Of a DNA stretch of 64,000 nt, positions 63,900 to 64,000 are shown one piece after another (the first letter of the stretch is position 1; each line of letters starts with the position of its first letter). A program made the position numbers and the translations under genes. The DNA comes from Eremomyces bilateralis CBS 781.70 (taxonomy: Eukaryota): assembly GCA_010015585.1 (NCBI GenBank), contig ML975154.1; one strand, given 5' to 3'. A model generated the notes under the pieces. That model worked only from the letters and a program-made list of their open reading frames with translations. It did no database searches and was not told where the DNA came from.

Positions 63900-64000
63900 A
63901 TGGCACTCAAATTCTCTGCATTTTGCAACCTTCTCCACGAACTGGAGAGGACGGTCACCAAAGATCCCCCTCTACTTCCTGCACGACGCGATGAAATCCT
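63900..64000 (+). CDS. 5' start of a gene, possibly a fungal ATP-dependent DNA ligase (Lig4-like); truncated by window edge
   Basis: ATG after a CT-rich promoter. MALKFSAFCNLLHELERTVTKDPPLLPA resembles the F..LC.LL..LE start of ligase DNA-binding domains. Only 33 codons visible. Confidence 0.45.
   Translation, partial: MALKFSAFCNLLHELERTVTKDPPLLPARRDEI

Overview
Eukaryotic, intron-containing DNA of a filamentous ascomycete (GT-AG introns with CTRAC-type branch sites, Pezizomycotina-type genes). Bases 1-44.4 kb are mostly a dense housekeeping block: MFS transporter, SDR, ARO8-like aminotransferase, LCCL protein, nitronate monooxygenase, CDC16/cut9, YJU2, PRP9, FAL1/eIF4A-III, NPY1, COG2, acyl-CoA dehydrogenase, a conserved hypothetical protein, RAD17, TMA22/DENR, a phosphotransferase, a CBS protein, FMO1, RRP15 and SRP54. 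This block contains a 609-bp non-autonomous Mutator-like foldback element (about 222-bp TIRs, exact 9-bp TSD) and a DUF1295-like gene broken by one in-frame TGA. From about 44.5 to 63.9 kb the region is gene-sparse and accessory-like: two FAD-linked oxidoreductases, a small secreted protein, a beta-carbonic anhydrase, and a tandem, apparently intronless pair made of a vWA-alpha-kinase (with a Cys/His-rich tail) directly upstream of a HET-NB-ARC-TPR NLR with near-identical 126-bp repeats. This kinase-NLR pair is the best candidate for an undescribed fungal immune/cell-death module. All family calls come from motif recognition by eye; no searches were run.
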